Positions 50,818 to 62,400 are shown, numbered from the stretch's first letter. The stretch: DNA of 64,000 nucleotides from Yuukianura sp. NJ FZ-2021 (GCA_046563655.1 CM102288.1:6138001-6202000); one strand, 5' to 3'. Numbers and translations are program-made. The notes: a model not told the origin generated them from the letters alone.

Positions 50818-51367
50818 TTTTTATGTTAAATTAAACTTAGTAGTTTTTAGCACCAAAGCTTTTTTAGTACATGTTGAAGCGAAAAACTTTCCCTTCTACA
50901 AAGATTCTTTTGGCGCCAAAAAGTTAAATTATCTAATTTTCAAATATTTAGGCGCGTTTTTTTTTTAAATTTGCAGCGTATAGTAATTCGTTTCTCATAT
51001 ACTGGACTATGTGCACCAACGACCATGCGCAGTTACATTTTTAAATTCTGGAGCCTTTCAAAAGGAGGCAATTTGAGCAAAAGCATTTTCATCAACAGCC
51101 GAATATCCTCAACATGAGCAACAACATTTTCAAAATTTCGACTACAAAAATTCTATATAAACTTTAGAATTTCTAAAAACATAAAAAAAACGCATCAACC
51201 TACGAACCAAAATCCCTTGAAGCAACATGGACGTCGTTTGAAACGTTAAACGCCGTTTTTAAGTTGTAGGCCAACACATCTTAACGACGTCACTTTTCGT
51301 ATGAGCATAAAGTAGGGCATGGGCAACATGAACAGGCGCATGAGCACATGATATGGGCACACCGTTG

Positions 51368-51468
51368 TGCAGCACACCAGCAGTTTTCAACTATGCAGCA
51401 CACCAGTACTTTCAACTTCATGCAGCACACCAGTAGTTTTCTACCTCATCAGCACACCAGTACTTTTT
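51368..51468 (+). repeat. ~27-bp tandem repeat x4 in the Nmdar2 3' UTR
   Basis: CAGCACACCAG(C/T)A(G/C)TTT units. Confidence 0.85.
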
Positions 51469-51530
51469 GTGAAGTTGAGGACTTTTAGCACCATTGAGAA
51501 AGAGGATTTTGTGAAAATGGGTGGGAAGTT

Positions 51531-54500
51531 TCAGAGGACGGTTTCAATTTCTGCAATTTCGGTGAGTGAGGGGCGGTAGAGGTGCTCTCGGAACCTTGAC
51601 GACGAGCAACTGCTGCTCCGACTCTCGAGTGTCTCCGAATATGGCCGACTGAGGTGATGGTTCCGAGTGAACTCGTGAGGTGATAAGATGGCAGAAACAC
51701 TCAGCTCACTACAACAATTTCAAAAAAGTCCATATTAAAAACCCAGGAAGAATGTAATCTTTAGCGTTTCCGAAAAAAAAACACTTTTTTTATATTTTCA
51801 TTAGAATTGGAATTTAATTTTCTCAAAAACCGCCCGAAAAGTATCACATGATGACAGAAACTTCCCCAAATGTTAGAAAGCCAAGCGCTACCAACCTAAG
51901 GCTGGTAGACAAAAAGGAATCTCAGCTTGCCCCAAGTGAAACGCCAAAATCAGATTGAATTCTTTGGACAATACTGGGCTATTGTACTATTACAACACAA
52001 ACTTACTTTGTAACATTGCTTTGTACAATAGCCCACTATTACTATTGTCCAAAGAATTCGATCTGATTTTGGCGTTTGACTTGGGGCAAGCTGAGATTTT
52101 TTAGAGAAATTAAAAAAATAACTTCAATCTCTGTACTCTTATTGTTCCAACCATTGTTTCTGACTTTCGTGTTAGTTTGGGGCAAGGTGAGATTTCTGCA
52201 AATCCCATAATATAAACACTGGTGACTTCATTTATCGACAGAGATGGGCATCAGGGTCATCCATCTCTGTCATAGAATGAAGCCATCAAACGAGAGATTT
52301 AAGAAAGTAATTAGGAGTGAGCTAATTAATCTTCTTAATCTTCAGAATCTCACCTAAACGTCATGTTCGCTGTCCGACCGCCACCAGAAAAACAAGATGC
52401 AGAGCCCCTCTTCTTCCTGAAACCAAAGTTTGAAAACAAAATCTGAAAAACGACATTTCAAAAAACTTTTTCTTTTGAAAAGTACTACCGATAGGCTGGA
52501 TCTGAGATGAGTCTGAGTCTGTTTTCGAGTTGTCTGCATCTGAGCATAGTTAATTTAAGATGATGTTGCGTTCTGAGGAGATTCGTCGTGCAAACGGGAT
52601 CTTTGCAGCCACTCGGATGCAGCTCCACGCGACGCCCAATTCGAAATCCCAGTCTGTTCCCTTCATAAAGTGGACCAGTTCCGTACGGGTAGTTGAACGC
52701 ACGTCCCATGTTCTAAAAATTTAAAAAGAAAATGTCAGAAAAACGAAAATTTTGACTTTTTCTGAAAATTTGTTTTTGAAACCTGTGAAATGAGCGTGAG
52801 ACATCCAGGTTCCTTGTGGCCCATGTTCCTCTGAATGTATCTGGCATAGCAGAACTCTACACCAAGGAGGAAGCATGCAAAAACGACTCCACAGAAAAGC
52901 AGCGCAAATGCACTGTAAAACTGTTCCAGTGCTAGTGGATTGCTGCTTCTTCCGCCGTGACCTCCACCGCTCCCTGCATCTCTCTGATGAGAACATGGTC
53001 CCGTAAAGTAAAAACGCTTCAGTCGCTCCAAATCTCCTGAAATGAAAAAAAAAGTTCCAAAAATTAGGAAATTTTAGTTGACATGACCATCGAAATTTCA
53101 AGGTTTTCCCAACATCGAATTTTACTCTATTAACTGTGACGTTTGTAAAGGTTATTTGCACCACTGAGTTTTTTGCCGTGCTATAGTTTTACGATATCTT
53201 GAGCAGACCATTCATACGACTTTGTCCGTCTGTCTGTCAGACCGACTTTCATGATTCTTATCACTAAGAAGTCGCACAGAATTGGGGGGCTCATTATGGT
53301 ATTCTTTCGGTCAAGGTGACTCGAAGTATCGACTTTAAACATAAACTTCGACATAAATTTGTTTGAGTAGTTTTAGACTAGCTCGTCGCATGCATCACGA
53401 AATGATCTTTGGAACGCCTTTACTGAAGGGTGTTGTAAAATCTATAGTCTTGAATAACTTCTTTTAATTATTTGACATTTTTGAAATGTCAACTTTTTCG
53501 AGGTAGCGTGTCGGATTAAATGCTGGACACTTCAACATTGGATCTACTTTTTGCTAATAATCTAGCATAACTTAAAACCAATAAAATAATGCATACTTCT
53601 TCATTTCTTGAAAAGTTTGTGCTCTTGACCAAACGGCCTGGCGTTTAAACCGCAGCGTATTACTCCAACTTTTTCAAGAAACTGGGAATTATCATGGCGT
53701 TAACGACGATTCTTGTTAAGGTGTTGAGCTTACTAGCAATTTTTGGATCTTTGACGGATTGCCAAAAGAAAAGACGAGCTAACAAGATAATAGAAGAATA
53801 TGAAAATTTAGAATCTGTAATTAATGTTATTAACACGTCATGTGTGATCCATGTAGTGAGAACGGAAGAGAAACCTAGATTTGGCATAATTACATTGAGT
53901 AATCCAATAGTAGTGAGTAAAACTGGATTCCCCACGCCACGCGATCCTAAATCTAGCGCAACTCTAGGTCAATCCCGTCTGTTTTATTGCGTTTATAACG
54001 TTGTTTTACATGACGGAAGTTATTTGGAGACGCCTTGGTGGAAAGAGATAGACCTGAATAGAAAAGCCTTTGGGTTTAAATTAACATTTACTCAGATTTG
54101 TAATAGAAACGGACCGAAACAGACGCTCTACAAGATTTGGAGTAACCCCAACACACCAACCCCAGTTACTGTAGTCCTTCACAAAGTATTCTTCTTGCAC
54201 ATTATACCAATTCCTCTCCACCTTTGGGAAATTTCCACAAAGCCAACAAAGTTGAACGTTTTTTCGTTCAATTCCTACTTTGTGCACATCGCAGTACTAA
54301 TGTTCAATGATAACTGGAACCCTCGTCGTGTCGAAATTAACACAACAACACCACATACGGAAAGAAAATTAGCAGGATTTACAGCCTGCCCCAAATGCGA
54401 ACCAGCTTCGTGGCGGCAGGTAAGATAGATTAAGTGTTACTTAAGATCATTAATCCCTAAAAAGTCCGTTTCAATTCAAATTCGATGCTTTGCTTTTTGC

Positions 54501-57500
54501 TGTAAGTCGCTGTTTTTGCTGTTTTAGCTTTTTCTTGCTTTAAAAGCAAAAATATTGCTGGAAAAGTAATGCTGGTCGTATTCAGTGTTCTGGACGCTTT
54601 AACGTCCAGTGGCTTAATTGCCACTTCCACTGGAAGAAATGCAGCCGTAATGGATGAAACTTTTAGTGGATGGAAGAAATTAAGAATTTAGAAAAAAAAA
54701 TTCGAAATTAAAAAAAAATCTAAAATGAAAAAACAGACCAAACTTGATCGTTGACTTCTAAAATGCTGAGCATTGGTACAATAACTCCATGGCAGTTATG
54801 GAGTTATGTATTGGCAAATGTCTAAAACTTTGTACATGTTCTTATTCTGAGCATATTCTCATTGTGCCATTGTGCGTTGACAGGTTGATCCTTCGATGCT
54901 TCTCAACGACTCAACCTTTCAGAGAATATTCTCCGTTGAGAATTCAGGGAAGAAGTGGGTGCGGCTGGGGTACCGGTTGGTGGTGAGAGAAGCTGAATAC
55001 CAACGGTATGACAACATAGTGAAGAGAACACCCAATCCAGCAAAAATGTGGGCATGGGGTCACCAGGTTTTCCACCAATTCATTTTGAACCTGCTGCTCA
55101 CCAAAGGGAATGCAACTATCAAATCTATTTTGCTAAATCATTTTAACTCGGCCAACGAAAAAGAGAGACATAACACGATAGTTCTGCCGCAACAGAACAT
55201 ATTTGCCGAAAATCCACTCGGAGTTCACCCTTCTTTCAGTCAAACTGGCGCCTGTATTTTTCACTTCACCCCCGATACAATTGTTGTGGCAGTAGAACAA
55301 GATGAATACAGCTTCTTAACATGCTACTCAAATCCAGTCCTGTCTTTTGAGTATTACGTTACACCATTTCAACCTAACCTTTGGATTGCAATTTTTGTTC
55401 AAATTTGTGTTTTGGCAGTTTTGGGGGACATAACAATTCGGCTCCTCAAAATAGCATCAATTCACTTTTCGCCATACCTCTTCATGTTAGCAACCGTTTT
55501 TGAACAATCCGTTGAAATCCCACTCAAAATCGAAAAGCATCTATTTTTTCGTATTGTTCTACTCATGTGGCTCTTTGCTGGAATTCTGTTCACTAATGCC
55601 TATAAAGGCATAGCCATTACATCAATTACATCTCCACTACCAAGGGAATCTGTGACCAATTTTACAGAATTTTACGACGCCACACATGCATCCTACAACG
55701 TTTCGGTGGAATTCATACTTTCAACTTTTTATTTGAAAGAAATGATTGAACCAAAGGAAACAGAGTTTCGGCTCTACGGTCAAGATCCAGATGAAACTCA
55801 TGAAGGTAACGATCATAGAACGCAGTACACAAGGTTCAATGAGATGCTCTTAAGGAATGAAGTGAGAATCAACATGCGCAGAACTGACTGGACTCCCAAC
55901 GCAACATTGGAACCGCCATACCCCGATGACAAACTATTTTGGAACTTGCTGTATCCATTCAAATGCCGACACCCGCCCCCTTGGACATGGCGAGGCAAGA
56001 ACGATGAGAAATGGACAAGTACGATTCCATATGATAGTGCAGTGGAAAGAATTATTGTGCAATGTGGGCGCACAGCCTATGTCGAGACGACAAGACGCGT
56101 GTTACAAGAAAAAGAATATCTAGAAAGATATTACAAAGGAATTCACTTTAGACTTGGAGAGAGCCGAATTTCGGATAATTTCAGAGGTTGGCAGTTTCGA
56201 AACTACGGAGTGTCCAGAGTACCGTTTTACTTTCAAATGCTTGTGGAAACGGGTATTTACCACTACTTGGGTGGTATATTTCTTCAACATGGACCAAATC
56301 GAACGGAGTTCACACTAAACGAGCAGAAGAACACAACAGTTATGCTGGTCAAACCAATTAGTCTGCACGATAGCATTCAAACTATATTTTACATTTATGC
56401 ATTTGGAATAGGGGTTACACTTGTAGTCCAAATGTTTGCCGCAATATGTTTCAGAGTAAGAAAAGTGGTAAGAGACCTGCGTCACTTTATAAAATTTCTG
56501 GCTCAGCATCACCAATCAGGTACAAGAGTGCAAAGGATGTAACTAAATGGGGTGTAACTATACATGATGTAACCATATATAGTGTAGTTATATATGATGT
56601 AACTGCACATAATGTAACTATAACTACACAGAATGTATAGGATGTAGTACTTTGAATAGAAACTCACAGCATTCCACCATTAGTTCACAATTTACGAAAA
56701 CCAGAAAAAAGATTAGCTGTATGCAAATTTTGCACCTGAATCTTACGTTATATCAAAATATAATAAATTTTTGCGTGGAAAATGCAAAGTAGCATGCCAA
56801 CACGTAAATACAACTTCGTCGCCTGTCGGCCTTGTAAGTAGAAAAATTTCAAGGATAATTTTATACCACGAGAACGTTGTCCATATTGAAATTCGTGCAC
56901 ACTTACATGTGCTAATAATGTAATTGTTGTTGCCCAACTTTGCTTACGGCTGACGTATGACTACTTTGACCTTTGTGCTGACTTTTGTGCCTGACCTTTG
57001 AACTTTATGCTGAGTTGACTTTTTTGTGCTCACTTACCGTTTTCCTTGTAGTCCATGAGGAACTTGTTGAAGAGAGGTAGGTGTTTGGAGTGTCGTGGAA
57101 ATGCGAGTCCGTACCCCGTGTGGGCATACCACGAACCCTCTAGCAGCAGTGAGCAGTTGCCCAGAGTGTCCTGCAGAACGTTGTACTGCAAAACTGGTCC
57201 ATCGTACAGAAATGCATCCAGTGTCCTGCAATTGCCAACATTTTCAAAATTTCAGGATTTGAAAAAAAAAATATTTTTAAACTTTTAAAAATTGTCTTAC
57301 CCGTCCCTGACCTGTGCCACTCCCTGTGACACATTGGGTGCATAGTACTGCCTCATGTGCATGTACATATCTGGTTGATGCTTCTGTAGAAGTGAATCCG
57401 TATGTGTAAATGGAACAGTACCGAACCGAAGTGGCGGTTTCCGACTCATGGGATTGCTTAACTGAAATTTTAAAAATTCAAACAAGATTACAATCTCTTC

Positions 57501-60500
57501 GAAGTTTCACTTTTTTGCATCTTGCCGCTCTGCTTTTTCTCATTTCCTATTTTTGCCAAACAATATCTTTGTCTGGATTGTCGTAAATTTGTGTCGCAGC
57601 GTCCTTTATTCTGTCTGGCTGAAATGGAGACTTTTATGTGCCTTGATTTATGACTTCGTCCTTCCAGACTCTGCTGCAAAACACACTCTTGACACTCATC
57701 CGCTCCTTCTGGAATCAGCACCACTCAAACCTCATCTCCCCAATTTCATCAACACAAGCTGTGCAGGATGGCCAACATTACCCATGTTATACTCGAAACA
57801 AACTTAAGTTTCTTTTAAAACCGGCCGAAAGTCAACAAAAAAGGAAACCCGCTTGTAAAAGTCAAAATTTTGAATTTGAATTTTTTTTCTTTGAAGGCCA
57901 GTTCAGAAAAGCTGAAAACTGTTCAGACAGGATGAATTAGCGAAAATTTCATCCTAATTTCTTGAATTTGAAAACTCAAATTTAGAACAGATACAAACCA
58001 ATCACATTAATTTCAATGTTAAAGATTTCCAGAGTTAATTATGTACAATTGAAGAAGCCAGAACAAGAAGTACACCTATTTTTATTTCTCGAAATTTAAT
58101 TGTTTAATTTTTGGTGCATCTTGGTTAGAACCGAAATTTTGTTTCGAAAAACTACAATTCACAAATTACGTCACCCAAAGGAGGGGAATGTCCGAATGAA
58201 AGGGCGCCCGTCTTCACCGAACGTGGACGAATCGTCCCACCGCAAAAGTTTGTTCAAAATTTTGAATTATGAAATTTTGAATTTTGAGATCAGACTTTTT
58301 CACTGCCTGCCTGACAAAAGATTTTACTATACCAGTAAAAAATGGGTTTTTGACATTTTTGACAAAACAAAAATCACCGAAAAGGGGAAATCTGGGTTTT
58401 TAGCAGGTGTTGAAAATTTCACATCGCGACATCCACGAATTTTGGACAACTATAGAACCCCGACGTCATTTCCAGTCGCAGTCGAAAGTTGGCATTGCGT
58501 GTCGTGAATGGCAACATTTTCACGAGAATACAGATTTTATTGCCAGCTGAAGTCACGGCGACACATGTGGAATTATGACACTTTTCTCCCTCCCATCCGC
58601 AATTTCGCGTTAAGAATGTGGCCATTCGCGAGGTTACATCTATTAAAATAGATATAGCTCATGTTTAAAGTTTATAAATTTATATAGCAAATATGATGGT
58701 CACACCGTTCAGCGCGATAATCGTCGAATTTCGTCGCCCATTTTTGGTCGTATGCTAATCAAATCACATATCACATAACGTATTGCGAAAGTGGTCATTC
58801 GCGAGGTAAGATTTTACTACAATAAATATAACAACAGATCATGCAGTTCCATAATGCTCTTGCGCTTGCTGCGACGAAATTCGCTGATGTCGCCATTCTC
58901 TACCAGCGGCGCCACATTTACGTGCGACCGGAAATGTTTTCACAATAATTGCGTTGCCTTCCTTAACCCCCGCGGACATCGGTTCAACATTTTCTTCCAA
59001 ATTCGCGTTTGGCAACAACTGAGATTTTCGCTAGATTAATATATTACTAGGTTTGGCATTTGGACGATTCGTCCCGGCTTAGGTTACTCTATTTCACGGC
59101 GTTTAACCTCTCTGGCTATCTGATTTTTTTTCCAAATTCAGAGTTTTTTCTGATTGGTTTTACTTTTCAATATTTACGTTTCGACAAGCTTCTATTGCGA
59201 CCATTTCACATTCAGGCCTTTTCATATTGCGACGCATGCACTTGCGATCTTACTACTTTTCGATCTTTATTACTGAATTATTCAAGTAATTTTAAAAACT
59301 GAATAAAAAACAGTTTCTGCCAGTTACCGGTCGAAACCGGGAGAAACTCCGATCTTGCCGTTCATATTCGCATCTCTACCACATGAGCTATTATAATTTA
59401 CTCAATAGAAACTAGCTTTTAGGTATAAATCAAAATCAATCAGTTTCTGCGAGCTACCGGTCGAAACCGGGAGAAACTCCGTTCTTATCGTTCCTTTTCG
59501 CACCTCTGCCACACTAAAGAGCAAATAGAAATAAGCGACAGACTCCACGGGACCACTTAATTCAGCCGCTCAAAAGGTGTTGGAGGGAAAGTGTTGAAGA
59601 AAAGTCGCTCTCTTGGTGAAAGCAGTCCAGCATTCCATTTTCCAAGGTTTATCCGCACCCGGGGGTCACGAATACTCTGAATTGGGTGAAAAAGTACTAC
59701 ATGAAGCAGACTTGCTCCATTATTCATGAAGAGTTGAAAAGGGCTGGACAGGAAATGTCCAGAGAATCACCATGTCGATTCTCAATTCCCTCCAGCCAAC
59801 AATCAACTTCCTTTCCACCACTCACAAACTTTCACTTTCAGTCCAGTGCCCATATGCTACCACAATTCAGTTTGACATCTCCGTATAAACTCAAATTTTA
59901 CTTCCTGCACAGACGCATAGAAAAAACTTACTCGTGGATCGTGGAGTCCCTTGAACTCGTGACTCTCCTCTCGCGTGATCATGAACACAGCGAGGTTGGC
60001 TGTGTATGTCGCCAGAAAAACGACGGCAAACATCGACCAAACGTGGACAACCACCCTGTAAAAATCCAAACGTAAAAACTGTTTTGCTACGTTCTTTACG
60101 CATGCGTGCTATACAAACACACTGAAACAAGGCGCAGTACATAACAGTAAAGAAATACAACCAAAATCAGAGTAATTTTCCCTCGCTTTATGTAAATTCG
60201 GACGTAGTTTGCAGCTGAGCGTTATACAAGCGAGCTCGTATAACACGCAGTACTGGATACAGTAACGTAAAAGAAGTCTAGTTAGTAAAATTAGCGATAC
60301 TTCTCGTCATGCGTATTATACGTAAACTTGTATAATGCGCTGTAGTTTGAACAGTATAGAAGTCAACTGGTTAAAAAGTTTATGAAGTTAAGTCGTACTG
60401 TGTGCATTGCGTATTATACGAAAACTTGTATAACACGCAGTAAAATTTGTGATTTTCACCTACTTTGCAGTGACACCTCGCGGAGGGTCGACGTGGACAG

Positions 60501-61847
60501 AAGCTTGGAACAGTCTGGCCCACACCAACCAGAATGAACGGAACAACGAAAACTGAGCTCCCGCTCTCGCTTCTCCCTGAAAGTCAAACAGCAAAGTGAG
60601 AGACGTGAAATTATTTTAAAAAGGTCAATGATCTTTGAATTGAAGAGGTCAAAGGTCAATGACCTCTTGCTCACCTTCATGTTGAATCCCAAGGGACTGA
60701 GCCACTCAAAAGAGAAAATAGCCAAGGAGTAGACTTGAATGCCAACGAGGCAGACGAGGAGCCAAAGTGCAGGATCAAATGGCTCTGAAAACACATTACA
60801 CTTATCCTTTTCGGCTCCCAGTTCAATCCCAGCGCCCAATGTCCATGTTTCATTTAAAAAAAATTGGACTGATACATGGGATGCTTGTTTTTTAAAGACC
60901 CAGTTTGTTTGAAATCGACGTAAAAACTTTTTTATATCGTTGCAGAAAGTGTACTCTACTTTTTCTTTTCGTTTAAAAAGAGAAGCGGGTTTAAAACTTT
61001 CCCTGGAGACCGCTCTCTTCAAATCCTCTCATAAGAACTCAAGGAGTTTAATCTTCTAAAAGACTTCCATCCACTTCCAAAAGTCCAGTACAGGGTTAGA
61101 CAGCACCAACACAAAGGTTTGGGGAAATGGGGAAACTATTTCCCACAAGACTTTTTTTCAAATTTCCCGAAAGCGGGGATTGAATGCCCATTCCCCAGGA
61201 GGGTACTGGGGACTGGGGATTCCTGTTGTGCTAATAGACGAAAGTGGCTAGCGATAACTGGAATTACGTAAGTTGTTACCTAGAAACGCAGTTGGTGAGA
61301 TGATTCCTGTCCGCTTGGCCGTGAGCACGGCAACTCCTGAGTCCATGAACGGCACAGAGAAGTCCACTACAGCTTCCCGCTCTGAGTTGATCATCAAAGA
61401 TGCCAAGGCTACGTGGACCTTCCGATTAATCAGCTCAGCAATGAGCCCATTCCACTTCCCGTTCTGGACCGACCCCCACTTTGCATCAGAAACACGCGAC
61501 AGTTCGTAAGTGAAACCGATACTGGCTGAGAACCGACCCAGCAGATCGATACAGAAACCGGAACAACACTGGTAGTACGACGAATTCCGCATGACCTCAC
61601 TGTGGTTCAGTCCGACAATGTCCGACTCGGGGGCGATCCGACAAGAAACTCCGCGTTCCGGACTGCACTGTCCGGTCACTGGATCGGGATCGGCCATTTT
61701 GATATACGGAGGTTCCTCGAGAAACGCAATTTTGAGATTGAACTTTTCCGGAACGCCGTCTGGCGGTTTATGGCTGTAGCCTGGCCAAATGATGTCTTTG
61801 ATGTCCAGTTGAGCACTGGATTCCTTCCATGACTGCCACACGCCAAT
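51531..61847 (-). CDS. Nmdar2: NMDA receptor subunit 2-type (S1, M1-M4, S2, C-tail); N-terminal exons lie beyond the right edge
   Basis: Exons 61847-61280, 60784-60675, 60576-60464, 60055-59932, 57461-57301, 57225-57038, 53036-52783, 52712-52489, 52416-52354, 51648-51531 splice in frame: [66 protein letters not shown]; ends in a PDZ-binding tail EIAEIETVL*. Confidence 0.92.
51918..52098. repeat. Long inverted repeat (~70-bp arms), last Nmdar2 intron
   Basis: AATCTCAGCTTGCCCCAAGTGAAACGCCAAAATCAGATTGAATTCTTTGGACAATA / TATTGTCCAAAGAATTCGATCTGATTTTGGCGTTTGACTTGGGGCAAGCTGAGATT. Confidence 0.9.
52220..52288. repeat. 69-nt pre-miRNA-sized hairpin, last Nmdar2 intron
   Basis: TGGTGACTTCATTTATCGACAGAGATGG - 13-nt loop - CCATCTCTGTCATAGAATGAAGCCATCA. 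Confidence 0.75.
53694..56542 (+). CDS. Divergent IR/iGluR-like receptor (794 aa, 2 exons) nested antisense in an Nmdar2 intron
   Basis: Exon 1 53694-54419 (signal peptide; donor CAG|GTAAGA) and exon 2 54884-56542 join in frame; [27 protein letters not shown]3-like [38 protein letters not shown]4 [13 protein letters not shown]. Confidence 0.8.
54583..54692 (+). mobile_element. Partial copy of the CCACTGG MITE family in the nested IR intron
   Basis: TCCAGTGGCTTAATTGCCACTTCCACTGGAAGAAAT...TTTTAGTGGATGGAAGAAATTAAGAATTTAG matches 26911-27008. Confidence 0.75.
56536..56650 (+). repeat. 15-bp minisatellite (GATGTAACTATACAT-like) overlapping the nested IR stop codon
   Basis: About 7 degenerate units beginning with GATGTAA, which contains the TAA stop. 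Confidence 0.75.
59311..59512 (+). repeat. Two ~70-bp direct repeats 130 bp apart
   Basis: CAGTTTCTGC..TACCGGTCGAAACCGGGAGAAACTCCG at 59311 and 59441. Confidence 0.85.
60100..60442 (+). repeat. Degenerate tandem repeat filling the intron between the M2 and M3 exons
   Basis: GCGT(A)TTATAC..A(A/G)CT(T/C)GTATAA(C/T)(A/G)CGC units near 60218, 60312 and 60409. Confidence 0.7.
60622..60665. promoter_or_regulatory. Cluster of nuclear-receptor elements: imperfect IR1, perfect DR1 and perfect IR1 (EcRE consensus)
   Basis: AGGTCAATGATCT (60622-60634), AGGTCAAAGGTCA (60646-60658), AGGTCAATGACCT (60653-60665). Function is inferred only. Confidence 0.45.
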
Positions 61848-62059
61848 CTACACATGTGCAAAAAAAAATTAACAAAGTCTTAGGATTAGTCAGTCTCTTT
61901 CGTACAGTAAAACATAGCGAAACTAATATTAATTAAATCAGTCTAACATAATACTTTTTCTCACGAATACCTAAAATATTTGACTAAATACTAATGAAAT
62001 ATTGGGGTTGTTTGTCTGTGTGTATACCTTATTGCGTTTGGAGATAACCCGCTTTGAAA

Positions 62060-62400
62060 AGATATATTGAATGTGATCTGAGGAAATAAATTTTGAGAAC
62101 TTGCGTGTTGAGGAAATCCATTTTTAGGAAATGTGCTGAGAAATTGTGTTTTGAGGTAAATTGGAGGAAATTTATTCTGAGGAAATAGATTTGGAGGAAA
62201 TGTTCCAAGGAATTTTGTATTGAGGGAATTTCTTGTAGTATTTGTTTTGAGGAAATTATTGTTCGCGGAAATGAATCTTGGATGTTGATCAAATGTTCTG
62301 ATAAATTGTGTTTGGTTGAAAATTGAGTAAAAGTTTAGACGAAATGTGTTTTGAGGACATTTGAGTAAATGTTTTGAGGAAATGTGTTTTGAGGTAACGT
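62060..62400 (+). repeat. Degenerate ~20-bp minisatellite (TTTTGAGGAAAT core)
   Basis: Repeated TTGAGGAAAT / TGTGTTTTGAGG words; explains the spurious ORFs at 61991-62407. Confidence 0.8.

Noticed and set aside
57488..59700. Transposase or second nested gene in the 2.5-kb Nmdar2 intron
   Set aside because: Only short, stop-interrupted ORFs with no recognisable domain; probably a decayed element, but no family can be supported.
4037..61832. Antisense and alternate-frame ORFs over real exons (e.g. 4037-4423, 6059-6493, 61273-61832)
   Set aside because: Shadow ORFs of coding exons with no independent protein features.
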